From an uncultured Gemmatimonadales bacterium (GTDB lineage Bacteria > Gemmatimonadota > Gemmatimonadetes > Gemmatimonadales > Gemmatimonadaceae), in the NCBI GenBank assembly GCA_963850905.1, contig CAWKMU010000002.1, positions 1 through 49,399 on the forward strand: a stretch of 49,399 nucleotides of DNA, written 5' to 3'. The notes beneath the pieces are model-generated. The model did not search any database. It had not been told where the DNA came from and saw only the letters and a program-made list of their open reading frames with translations. Position numbers and translations under genes: made by a program. Below are positions 1-9,005 of the stretch, piece after piece (positions within the stretch are counted from its first letter, which is position 1; each line of letters begins with the position of its first letter).

Positions 1-267
1 GGCGCAAGAACGCGGCTGCACGTACTGCTACGGCGGATGAGGAGTTGGCGGTGGTGTTACGGAGTGCGAGACCGAACTGCGGGGTAGACGGCCGCACGTC
101 CGTAGCAAAGGCGACGCGGGCGTGGCCCGCGCCGCCCGGTTGGACGCAGTATGTCCGCAACATGCCGACAACACATGGGCTGTAGCCTGACACCCCGCGG
201 GCTCTGATGAGTATAGACTGCACTTCGCATCGCTCGTCTCAGCTGTCGCTGCGGGAGGAGTACGGTA

Positions 268-1617
268 ATGACGACCATCGCCGAATCCAGCCATCGTACT
301 ACCCAGGCGTTTCGCGCCGTCATGGAACCCCTGAGCGGGGATTCAACCGACTTTGACCGACTCCTTGACGCGGCGCGGCATGCGCGACTCGTCCTCATCG
401 GGGAAGCCTCACACGGGACCCACGAGTTCTACCGTGTCCGGGCAGAGATCACGAAGCGGTTGATTCGCGAGCACGGGTTCATCGGCGTTGCCGCGGAAGC
501 GGATTGGCCCGACGCGTACCGAGTCAACCGCTATGTGCGCGGACGCGGGGCGGACCGCGATGCCGGTGAAGCACTCGGCGATTTTCAGCGATTTCCACAA
601 TGGATGTGGCGGAATGCTGACGTCCTGGACTTCGTGGGATGGCTCCGCGAGCACAATGAACACGCGCGTCCCGCCGACCAAGTGGGGTTTTACGGCCTTG
701 ACCTGTACAGCCTTCATGCATCGATCGACGCCGTATTGCGATACCTACAGCGGGTGGACCCTGAAGCGGCGGAGCGAGCCAAGCAGCGCTACGCATGCTT
801 CGATCGGTTTGGCGGTGACCCGCAGACCTACGGCTACGCCACCCGTTTTGACCTGACGCCCACCTGTGAGCGCGAAGTGGTGTCGCAGCTGGTCGAATTG
901 CGGCGCGCCGCCGGCGAGTACGCAACGCGTGACGGAGTGATCGCACCCAATGACCTGTTTTTCGCACAACAAAATGCCCGGGTCGTTCGCAACGCCGAGC
1001 GCTACTATCGCAGCATGTTCGGTAGCCACGTCGAGTCGTGGAACCTGCGCGATGGCCACATGCACGAGACACTCGACACGCTGCGGAGCTTTCTGGAAGA
1101 ACAGCGGCACGGCGCCAGGATCGTCGTTTGGGCGCACAACTCCCATTTGGGGGACGCGAGAGAAACCGAAATGGGCTCGCATGGCGAGCTGAACCTCGGC
1201 CAGCTCGTCCGCCAGCGCTATGGCCGTGAGGTGCTGCTGGTTGGGTTCTCCACGTACGCGGGCACCGTCACTGCCGCATCCGATTGGGGCGAACCGGCTG
1301 AGCGCAGGACGGTCCGCCTGGCACTGCCCGGCAGCTACGAAGCGCTCTTCCACGAATTTGGCGTCGGCAATTGCTTCGCTGATCTCCGCACGGTTGATGA
1401 GGGTATGCCGTCTGTCCAGCATTCCCGCCTCGAGCGTGCGATCGGCGTCATCTATCGCCCGGAAACCGAACGCCAGAGTCACTACTTTCGCGCGATCCTG
1501 AGCCGACAGTTCGATGCGATTCTCCACTACGATTCGAGCCGCGCGGTCGAACCTCTCGAACGGACTACCTCTTGGGAGCGAGGGGAGGTGCCGGAGACGT
1601 ATCCATCGACGCTCTAG
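268..1617 (+). CDS. Erythromycin esterase family protein (Rv2030c C-terminal-domain-like)
   Basis: 449 aa; motifs LIGEASHGTHEFY, EADWPDA, WMWRN, FYGLDLYS, WNLRD-HM, VVWAHNSHLGDAR, ERAIGVIYRPETE; GGAGGAG RBS upstream. Confidence 0.9.
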   Translation: MTTIAESSHRTTQAFRAVMEPLSGDSTDFDRLLDAARHARLVLIGEASHGTHEFYRVRAEITKRLIREHGFIGVAAEADWPDAYRVNRYVRGRGADRDAGEALGDFQRFPQWMWRNADVLDFVGWLREHNEHARPADQVGFYGLDLYSLHASIDAVLRYLQRVDPEAAERAKQRYACFDRFGGDPQTYGYATRFDLTPTCEREVVSQLVELRRAAGEYATRDGVIAPNDLFFAQQNARVVRNAERYYRSMFGSHVESWNLRDGHMHETLDTLRSFLEEQRHGARIVVWAHNSHLGDARETEMGSHGELNLGQLVRQRYGREVLLVGFSTYAGTVTAASDWGEPAERRTVRLALPGSYEALFHEFGVGNCFADLRTVDEGMPSVQHSRLERAIGVIYRPETERQSHYFRAILSRQFDAILHYDSSRAVEPLERTTSWERGEVPETYPSTL

Positions 1618-1671
1618 TCCTGCCAGCGTACTAGGACTTCGGAGTTTGGTTCCAGCGTCTAAGTCCAGCGC

Positions 1672-2901
1672 TTAACGTCCAGCGCCGATCACGTTGCTGG
1701 ACGCAAAGTCATCCAAAGCCTCGACGCCTGGCAGCCTCTTCCCTTCGAGCAACTCGAGTGCGGCGCCGCCGCCAGTTGAGACGTGACTCATCTGGCTCGT
1801 AAGTCCATCCTGGGCAACCGCCGCGATGGTATCGCCACCTCCGACGACCGTGATGGCGCCGGCCTTGGTGGCTGCGGCCATCGCCGACGCAATGGCCACC
1901 GTTCCGGCGCTGAAGGCAGAGGATTCGCAGACACCCATGGGGCCGTTCCAGAAAATGGTTTTGGCGCGGCCGATCTCGCGGCTATACCGCTGCCGCGTGG
2001 CTGGGCCAATGTCATACACAGCCTCGCCCTCGGGTATCGCGGTACACCTGACGGCGTGCGCTTGAGCCGGTGCATCAAGCGAGACGGCGACGATGACGTC
2101 CGATGGGAGCACAAGGCGATTCTGAGCGCGCGCCAGAATCTCCTTGGCCGCCTCCACGCAAGGTAGCTCGGCCAACGATTTCCCGATCCTCAGGCCGCTC
2201 GCCTGATAAAACGTCGACGCCATCGCTCCTCCAATGAGCAGCCTGTCCACCCGCGTGAGGAGCTGGGTCAGGACGTCGATCTTGTCAGAAACCTTGGCGC
2301 CGCCCAATACCGCAACGAACGGTCGTTTCGGATTCGCCAACGCCTGGCCGAGATACGCGAGTTCTTTCTCCATGAGCAGCCCCGCCACGGCCGGGTGGAG
2401 GACGCGGGCGATGCCCTCTGTCGACGCATGGGCCCGATGTGCTGCTCCAAACGCGTCGTTGACAAACAGGTCCCCGAGTGTTGCCAGGTCTCGCGCCAGA
2501 CGCTCGTCGTTCGTCTCTTCACCAGGAAGAAAACGCGTATTCTCCAGCAACAGCACGTCGCCCGGCCCGAGCTCGTGCGTGGCTTTGACGGCTTCGTCGC
2601 TGTCCGTCGAGTCGACGAATCGCACGGCCGCTCCCAACAGCTCGCCCAGGCGTGTCGCGACGACGTCGAGGGAATACCGTGGATCCGGTCGTGCGGCCGG
2701 TCGCCCGAGGTGCGACAGGAGCACAACGCGCGCACCTCGATCGATGAGGAATCGAATCGTGGGGAGCGTAGCGACGATGCGGGTATCGTCGGTGATGCGC
2801 TGCCCAGCATCGAGCGGCACATTGAAGTCAACTCGTACCACGACACGCTTGTCCCGGAGCTGGGCTTCGGGCAGGTCGCGGAGGGTCATTTTGCGTACCA
2901 C
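1672..2901 (-). CDS. pgk: Phosphoglycerate kinase
   Basis: VRVDFNVPL, SHLGRP, LLENTRF, NDAFGAAHRAHAST, GGAKVSDKI, WNGPMG, GGGDT, HVSTGGGA; start set at GTG 2901 (ORF track extends to 2973; ATG 2889 also possible). Confidence 0.96.
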   Translation of the reverse strand: MVRKMTLRDLPEAQLRDKRVVVRVDFNVPLDAGQRITDDTRIVATLPTIRFLIDRGARVVLLSHLGRPAARPDPRYSLDVVATRLGELLGAAVRFVDSTDSDEAVKATHELGPGDVLLLENTRFLPGEETNDERLARDLATLGDLFVNDAFGAAHRAHASTEGIARVLHPAVAGLLMEKELAYLGQALANPKRPFVAVLGGAKVSDKIDVLTQLLTRVDRLLIGGAMASTFYQASGLRIGKSLAELPCVEAAKEILARAQNRLVLPSDVIVAVSLDAPAQAHAVRCTAIPEGEAVYDIGPATRQRYSREIGRAKTIFWNGPMGVCESSAFSAGTVAIASAMAAATKAGAITVVGGGDTIAAVAQDGLTSQMSHVSTGGGAALELLEGKRLPGVEALDDFASSNVIGAGR

Positions 2902-3134
2902 TGGAGGCCTCTCGTCAGGACTACTAAGAAGAACTCGCATCGGCACCAATTTCGGCATGCGAAGCATCCGCAAAGTCGGCCCGGCCGCCCGCCTGAGCCC
3001 TCAGTGGCGACACGGTGATCGGAGCGACGGCCGATCAATGCCTTTAGCTGAAGGGTTGGATCAGTCCGCAAGGGAGCGTTCTCTTATGCTCATCGGCGTG
3101 GGTGACGCCTGCTGGCGCGGTCGAACTGGGAACT

Positions 3135-3159
3135 CTAGCGGCCGCGGAACGGCCGCTAG
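3135..3159. terminator. Perfect 10-bp stem hairpin downstream of the beta-propeller gene; possible terminator
   Basis: CTAGCGGCCG-CGGAA-CGGCCGCTAG; no clear U-tract. Confidence 0.35.
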
Positions 3160-3247
3160 CCTAGAGAGGACAAGTTCAGAACGCAAGACGAGACGAACGG
3201 CGTGACGTCTTGGGAGGAAGGTGCACGCGTCTCGCGCTCAGGCGCCG

Positions 3248-4546
3248 CTACCGCCAGGCGAAAGTGCAAGGGCAGCCTTTTACGGCGACGTAGTTCGTGC
3301 CATCGGCGTTTACGAACCCGCTGTCGACCGCCCACAGCTGGCTGTCGGGCGACCAACTCACGCGGCCATAGCTCGTATTGGAGATGATCTTGAGGTTGTT
3401 GCCGTCGGGGTCGATCACCGCGGTATGCCCGTTGTACGTCAGTGCAATGTGCTGGCCGTCGGGCGACCACGCCGGGTCGCTCGCGTTCGCCAGCACCGCC
3501 GTCGGTGCGCTGGTATTGGTGAGAGGGTAGGTATAGACGCCGAGGGCGACGAGCGGGTTCCCGAGGCTGTCGGTGCAATAGGGGCTCCCGAATACGGTAT
3601 ACACTACCTGGTACCCATCCCCAGAGAACGAGTATTGGGTGGAAACGGCCGGCGAGCCGCTCGTGCACCCAATGGGTGTGGGTATGCCGGCCACGTAGCT
3701 CCCGTACTGATCTGACGACTCCCAGAGATAGGTGGCATCGTCCGGGCTCCACTGCGGATTGTAGAGCGCGCGCTGGCCGGTGATGAATGTGGGCGAGCCG
3801 TTCACAGCCACTTCATACAGGTTGTGGGCCTGGCCGCCGGAAAGCGATTGGACAAACAGGACATGGAGATGATCGGGTGAGAGCGCCGGCTCCGTCGGAC
3901 TGATACGCTCGGGTCCCTCAGCCGACTGTATTGTCGTCTGAATGGCCTTGACGCCCGAGCCATCGGCGTTCATCACGGCCAATCCCGTGGGACCGCTGGT
4001 GGTCACCACGAGCACGTTGTTTGGCGGCGTCCCCGTGGCCGTGAATGCCCCATAGCTCGCGGCCACGCCGCTCCAAGAGTTCACCGCACGCGCGTCGAGC
4101 GTCTGCGGCCCCAGACGCGGCCCGAGCGTCCACTGCTCGTCAGCGTAACCCGAGCTATTGGTCTCCTCCACGCCGCCGAAGACATGGCCCCCACCAGAGG
4201 TGACCACGAAGTTGAGCACGAAGTTGGGCACGGGGCGCCCGCTGTTGTCGAGCACTTGCACGCGCACTGCCTGCGGCAATGTCGTGTTCACCGGCACACG
4301 CTGCGAGTTGCCAGCGACGACGTTGACCGAAACGGGCGAGGTCCCCCCGCTCGGCCCAGTTGCCGACGGCCTCGTCGAGCAGGCTCCGATCGCAAGTGCT
4401 GTTAGAAGTAATGCCACCTGGGCTCTCAGCAGACGCTGGCGAGCGCCTTTGCATCGACGTTCCAGCGCGAGATGTGTACGCTGTCGGCCGCACTGCGTCC
4501 CCGTAGGGCGACAAGAGACGACCTGATGCGTGAAAGGCTTTCTCAT
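3248..4546 (-). CDS. Putative lipoprotein with Ig-like (Big-1-like) domain and TolB/PD40-type beta-propeller
   Basis: Hydrophobic stretch ending LAIGAC; VRVQVLDNSGRPVPNFVLNFVVTSGGG...TNSSGYA...WTLG Ig-like segment; repeated PALSPD/PQWSPD/PAWSPDG/VSWSPD; GGAGG before ATG 4546; exact start uncertain. Confidence 0.75.
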   Translation of the reverse strand: MRKPFTHQVVSCRPTGTQCGRQRTHLALERRCKGARQRLLRAQVALLLTALAIGACSTRPSATGPSGGTSPVSVNVVAGNSQRVPVNTTLPQAVRVQVLDNSGRPVPNFVLNFVVTSGGGHVFGGVEETNSSGYADEQWTLGPRLGPQTLDARAVNSWSGVAASYGAFTATGTPPNNVLVVTTSGPTGLAVMNADGSGVKAIQTTIQSAEGPERISPTEPALSPDHLHVLFVQSLSGGQAHNLYEVAVNGSPTFITGQRALYNPQWSPDDATYLWESSDQYGSYVAGIPTPIGCTSGSPAVSTQYSFSGDGYQVVYTVFGSPYCTDSLGNPLVALGVYTYPLTNTSAPTAVLANASDPAWSPDGQHIALTYNGHTAVIDPDGNNLKIISNTSYGRVSWSPDSQLWAVDSGFVNADGTNYVAVKGCPCTFAWR

Positions 4547-4632
4547 CCGGACCTCCAGGCAAGGTTGAGCTTGCACGCGTGCGAGAGAGAGTCACACGCG
4601 CGGCCAAGCTAGCCCGTGCATCCCCGCGCGCA

Positions 4633-4649
4633 GTCAGGATACACCTGAC
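4633..4649. promoter_or_regulatory. Palindromic candidate transcription-factor site GTCAGG-N5-CCTGAC
   Basis: Perfect inverted repeat GTCAGG ATACA CCTGAC in intergenic DNA upstream of the 4546 start; same motif at 4970, 8924 and 29447. Confidence 0.55.
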
Positions 4650-4795
4650 GATCATCAGGTGTCGCTCGGAGCGTATCGTCGGCGGATCAGGTCGCGAAAC
4701 CGTGGCTCGTTGCCGGCTGACATAATGCGCCCGAACTCGTCGAAATCCAGCACGTGCCCAGATAGTTGCCGGCGTAGCTCGGTCTCGAGAATGGT

Positions 4796-4894
4796 CCCGA
4801 CAGCCAGCCGTGGGCCGTGGACAGCGGGTTCGTCAACGCGCGCAGGACCACCTACGTCCGTGTGAAAGGGTGTCCCTGCCGTTTCGCCTGGAGA
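4796..4894 (+). pseudogene. Remnant of a paralog of the C-terminus of the 3248..4546 gene, in inverted orientation
   Basis: Translates PDSQPWAVDSGFVNARRTTYVRVKGCPCRFAWR versus PDSQLWAVDSGFVNADGTNYVAVKGCPCTFAWR at 3251..3349(-); 27/33 aa and 76/99 nt identical by manual count. Confidence 0.8.
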
Positions 4895-4969
4895 CAGAAA
4901 GCGCCTCACCCGGTCTCACCGCATCCGACCGGGTCCCCACAGCCTCCGAGTCATTCTCCCTTCGACCAA

Positions 4970-4986
4970 ATCAGGCATTACCCGAC
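4970..4986. promoter_or_regulatory. Candidate site of the same palindromic motif (one mismatch)
   Basis: ATCAGG CATTA CCCGAC upstream of the 5012..6466 ORF. Confidence 0.45.
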
Positions 4987-5011
4987 AGCTGCGTGATGAC
5001 CGGGCGGCATC

Positions 5012-6466
5012 TTGACTAGAGCTAATATCCGACCTCGAGATGTCACACTTGCAGCAGATGCGCCCGATTGGGGATCCGCACTTCCCGATGTTCCCAGTTT
5101 GGCGTCGGGGGCGTTCCACGACACGTTCGATACCGGTTTGCGGTCGGCGAACCTCAATGCGGCGCGAGTGGTCCTCTTGGCCAGTATGATGGCGGCGGCG
5201 TGCACGCTTGCACCGGCGGCAGTGGGTCCGACACCAGCTGAGGGCGGACGGAAGCTGGATGAATTCCTCGCGAGCATCGAACGGACGTACACCGACGTGG
5301 CATTCAGCCCTGCTGTCGTCGCGGCAAGCGAGAAGCTCGATCGATCGACTCTCGTGCCGTCAGGCGTCTACGCAGATTCTTCAACGTGGACGGGTGGCGA
5401 GGCGCAGGCGCGGCGATTCACAGTCACCGGTCGTTTTCTGGGCGATCACTACGTCGTGATGCCGGACACGGCCGCACCCGTCGAACTCGGGGCGTCCCGC
5501 CGCGATATCCGCTTGGAACGTCTGACGAGACGGGACTTCCGCTGGACCACGTTGATCGAGCAAAACCTCGGTTCTATCGCCACAACGGATCTCGATCGGG
5601 CCGTCACCGCGATACTTGCCGGGGCGGCTAGCACTCCCGGTCGCACCATTCGTGCAGCGACTCACACTCGGTATCCACGCGCGGGAGTGGTGCTGGGACG
5701 GCTGGTTTCTCTGGACAGTGTCGACACCAGGCAGATGCGGCGTGTGCCGACGCGCATACGGCTCGTCATGGGGCTGCATGTCGACCGGCTGGCGGTTGCG
5801 TATCCGGCATACGCACAAGCCTTGTCACGAGTTGTCACGCCAACGCGTATTCATTGTGTCGTCACTGACGCTGACAATGTGGTCTGGGCGCGGATCGATT
5901 TCGACGGCGCGCGCCTCTCAATGGACGTCGCTGCTACGCGGGACGGACACTTTGCCCCGTTGATCGGGGCGGCGCGGCCGATGCCGGATTCGCTCGTCCT
6001 TCATGCCAATGTGTCGACAAAGGTCTTCATGTTTTCGCTTGGCGCTCGCGAGATCTCCAGTCGGATCCAGCTCCTGCGCGCAGAGCACAGGCGCGTGTGG
6101 CGGTTCACGCTCCGGGACGAGCCCACATGGGATTTTCCCCTGGCACTGGATCGACTGGTCAAGTCGTCACTTGCTCGCCCATTCGCCGACAGCGGTGCGC
6201 GCTACGAGATTGTTGTCAGCGACACCGTCGGGCCTCAGACGACCCTGCAGAGACGCGGGGAGCTGACTGTGCAAGAGAGCCCGATCGTGCGCTCAATAGC
6301 CGGGTTCGCAAGCGCCATCACGGCCACCTTCTCCGGCGATGCCCTGTCGGAGGAGAACGCATTCTTCGCCTCCGTCCTCGCGGCTATCCGGGCCGACGTG
6401 CAGCGGCAAAGCACCAAAGGCGAGGACAACACATACGCAACTCCGCCGCTCGCTCTAGATCAGTAA
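5012..6466 (+). CDS. Hypothetical protein, possibly exported or a lipoprotein
   Basis: 484-aa ORF with normal composition; VVLLASMMAAAC segment suggests a true start near 5170-5190; no family recognised. Confidence 0.6.
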   Translation: MTRANIRPRDVTLAADAPDWGSALPDVPSLASGAFHDTFDTGLRSANLNAARVVLLASMMAAACTLAPAAVGPTPAEGGRKLDEFLASIERTYTDVAFSPAVVAASEKLDRSTLVPSGVYADSSTWTGGEAQARRFTVTGRFLGDHYVVMPDTAAPVELGASRRDIRLERLTRRDFRWTTLIEQNLGSIATTDLDRAVTAILAGAASTPGRTIRAATHTRYPRAGVVLGRLVSLDSVDTRQMRRVPTRIRLVMGLHVDRLAVAYPAYAQALSRVVTPTRIHCVVTDADNVVWARIDFDGARLSMDVAATRDGHFAPLIGAARPMPDSLVLHANVSTKVFMFSLGAREISSRIQLLRAEHRRVWRFTLRDEPTWDFPLALDRLVKSSLARPFADSGARYEIVVSDTVGPQTTLQRRGELTVQESPIVRSIAGFASAITATFSGDALSEENAFFASVLAAIRADVQRQSTKGEDNTYATPPLALDQ

Positions 6467-6543
6467 CCGGCGAACGCCGCGATTCCGATTGTCCGTGGCG
6501 CTTCTCGGAGCGCGCTCGCGACAACCCGGTTGCGAAAGCTGCA

Positions 6544-6580
6544 AACGGGATCGGAAGTGGCCCTCGCTCCCGATCCCGTT
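6544..6580. terminator. Long hairpin between convergent genes; candidate bidirectional terminator
   Basis: AACGGGATCGGAAGTG-GCCCT-CGCTCCCGATCCCGTT, 16-bp stem with 2 non-Watson-Crick positions, between stops at 6466(+) and 6627(-). Confidence 0.55.
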
Positions 6581-6626
6581 GCCCTGACAAACCAGAAACG
6601 ACCTAGGGCCAAGCTGTTACAGGCCC

Positions 6627-7284
6627 TTAGATCTTTACAACCAACTCGTCCTTCACGAACCACACGCCGGGTGCGTTCCACGCGGCCCACTCCGCGCCGT
6701 CGCGCTCGGCCCACGATCGCACCGTGCCTTTCAGTGTGACCGTAGCTCCACTGGCTGACACCTGGATCTTCTGCGCGTCGAGCTCCACGTTGCGCCTAAG
6801 CGCGGCTTCGATGGCCGTTTTCACCTTGGTTGCGTCAAGGGTGGCCGGCTGAACGACCTCGATCAGATTCGTCACGCCGCGCACGCCCGCGAGAGAGCGA
6901 ACGGCGCGCCCAGCGGCGACGCTTTCGAAATACCAATTCACCTTCCCTTCGAGCGTCAGCCAACCCTGCCGGACGACGACCTTCACCCCATCGGGAACTT
7001 CGATATTGGCGGCAAGTGCATTGGCAGCTGCACGTGCAACCTCGGTATCATCCCCTCCTGTAGTCGCCGGGCAGCGCCACCGTCAACTCGTCGGCGATCG
7101 CTGCGACGCCGGCTACGCGTTCGACGGCACGCTCAGCCGCAACCTTCTGCGGATAGGTGGCTACAGTGCCATCGAGGGTGACCACTCCGTCTTCGACCCT
7201 CACGCCAATGGCCGCCGCATCCACGCCGGGCTCCCACCGCAGTTCGGCGATGACATTCTGCTGCAGTTGCAGATCGGTCAGCAT
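6627..7284 (-). pseudogene. Triple BON-domain (OsmY-like) protein interrupted by a one-base frameshift
   Basis: ORF 7048..7284 (DLQLQQNVIAELRWEP...GVVTLDGTV) continues in another frame as DDTEVARAAANAL...GWLTLEGKV...VTLKGTVRSWAER; removing one base from CCCC at 7052-7055 gives 218 aa; may be a sequencing error. Confidence 0.85.
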
Positions 7285-7621
7285 ATAACCTCCCTTGATT
7301 TCCCTGGTTCACGATCTGTGTCGCTGGACCAACCTGGTCCACCCTCGGGTTGAAGATGGAGGCCTCAGCAGCCGGCGAGTGTCGGCGATCATCCCGCTCC
7401 GTGTGCGGGATCTGCTGACTGATCGGCGCGGCCTGGGCGGCGCGCGGTAGCGACGCAAAGGAAAGCCACTACGCGTTGTCCACCGATCCCCGACAGACGG
7501 TTGCCGCCAATTATCTACTCTTGCGACATATGCAGCGCGGCCTGCGGCTTGGCGGGTACCAAGCCCGATGGCAGGGTCGGCGCTGACTCAACTTCGCGAT
7601 GCGACGACACGAGGGCGCCCA

Positions 7622-8614
7622 ATGACGACGATGACAACACCCGTGGGAACGCCGGCTGAGGGGGAGACGACCCCTCGCTCGCTTGGGCCAAGCGCGAACA
7701 CCGCTGTGCCTGGCACCGGACCCATTCTGGTGGCGATCGATGGGCGAGCCGGGGATGCGTGTGCCTGCCAAGTCGCCAGCATGCTCGCCGATCGACTTGG
7801 AGCGGAGGTCCGAGTGCTGGGCGTGCTCGAGCCGTTGCCGACAGTGAGCTTCGACGTCCCGGTTCCCGTCCCCCCGGAGATAACGGAAGCGATGCGCGCA
7901 GAGCTTCACGAACGTGCCTCGACACAAGTGGCCGACTTCTCGCCACGGGGGCGAACGTGGCCGATCGAGATCCGCGGGGGCTTGCCGCCCGTCATGATCG
8001 CCGCCCGGGGACACGAGCTCGACGCTCGAGTGATCGTGCTAGGACTCGGTCGACACGACCTGGCACATCGGTTTCTTGGAAGTGAAACCGCGCTGAAAGT
8101 CCTCCGGCTGGCGGATGTGCCAGTGCTGGCTGTTCCGCCGGAGCTACCGAAGACAGCCGGCCGTGCGGTGATCGGCGTCGACTTCAGCCCGGCCAGCCTC
8201 CGCGCAACTCAATTAGCATTGACGCTCTTTCCCGATCTCATCGCGGTCGATCTCGTCCACGTCGCTCCTCCTGTTGGACCTGCCGTCGTGGCAACACCGT
8301 GGGAGTCGGCGTACGGCACTGAGCTTCGTGAGGCATGGCCACGGTTCGTGGATGCCCTTCGAGCGCCGTCGTCCGTGGTGCTTCAGACGATCACGATGAA
8401 GGGCTACCCTGCCGAGTCGCTCGTTGCGCGCGCCTCCGAGGTACAGGCGGACCTCATCGTTGTTGGTAGCCACGGGCGAGGGTTCTTCAGTCGTATGATC
8501 GTGGGCAGCGTCGCGACGGGTGTGCTGCACGCTGCCCGCACGAAGGTCCTCGCCGTGCCGGTTGTTGAGAGGGTCGCCGCTACTCGCCAGTCGTCGGATC
8601 GATCACCTCTTTGA
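7622..8614 (+). CDS. Universal stress protein (tandem USP domains)
   Basis: PILVAIDG...VIVLGLGRH...FLGSETA and AVIGVDFS...ADLIVVGSHGRGFFSRMIVGSVATGVL. Confidence 0.9.
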   Translation: MTTMTTPVGTPAEGETTPRSLGPSANTAVPGTGPILVAIDGRAGDACACQVASMLADRLGAEVRVLGVLEPLPTVSFDVPVPVPPEITEAMRAELHERASTQVADFSPRGRTWPIEIRGGLPPVMIAARGHELDARVIVLGLGRHDLAHRFLGSETALKVLRLADVPVLAVPPELPKTAGRAVIGVDFSPASLRATQLALTLFPDLIAVDLVHVAPPVGPAVVATPWESAYGTELREAWPRFVDALRAPSSVVLQTITMKGYPAESLVARASEVQADLIVVGSHGRGFFSRMIVGSVATGVLHAARTKVLAVPVVERVAATRQSSDRSPL

Positions 8615-8861
8615 CTTCGGAGATGCGATCAGCCGGAAACCCACCCCGTTTGGCGTGCTCCCGCACGACTTGCTCGTTGGGTGCCCGATAGACGCAATAC
8701 AGCTTGTCAGGCGTCACGTAGCTCTCGACCCACTGTAAGTCCTGGCCCTCCGACCGCATTTGTCGAATGACATTGTTTGACTTGACCGAGACATCGTGGA
8801 TGTCGGCTGGCGACAGCTTACCAGCGCCCGGGATGGTCCGCTCGATCACATACTTTGGCAT
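8580..8861 (-). CDS. DUF4242 / SCO4226-like small protein
   Basis: 93 aa: MPKYVIER.IPGAGKLS...QWVESYVT.DK.YCVY.APNE..VREHA..GGFPADRISEV, typical of DUF4242. Confidence 0.85.
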   Translation of the reverse strand: MPKYVIERTIPGAGKLSPADIHDVSVKSNNVIRQMRSEGQDLQWVESYVTPDKLYCVYRAPNEQVVREHAKRGGFPADRISEVKEVIDPTTGE

Positions 8862-8923
8862 AGAGACACTAGTGTTGGGGGAAAGACTTGTCGCGATAGT
8901 GGCCTATCGTCGAGGCCTGGACT

Positions 8924-8940
8924 GTCGGGGCACGCCCGAC
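8924..8940. promoter_or_regulatory. Palindromic candidate transcription-factor site
   Basis: Perfect inverted repeat GTCGGG GCACG CCCGAC about 60 bp upstream of the DUF4242 start. Confidence 0.55.
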
Positions 8941-9005
8941 GCATTGTAATCTCGTGATAAATGGGACAGCGCCATCACCGAGGGGCGTTAACCAGTGAGC
9001 CCGAC

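Noticed and set aside
268..1617. Macrolide resistance gene (ereA/ereB)
   Set aside because: Family membership only; motifs match the widespread uncharacterised Rv2030c-like group, so resistance cannot be inferred
3251..4894. Repeat pair at a gene C-terminus as a diversity-generating retroelement VR/TR
   Set aside because: Mismatches are mostly synonymous third-position changes, not adenine-specific, and no reverse transcriptase is in the window
7048..7060. Programmed frameshifting or phase variation in the BON gene
   Set aside because: The run is only four bases with no recognisable slippery heptamer; error or simple mutation is more economical
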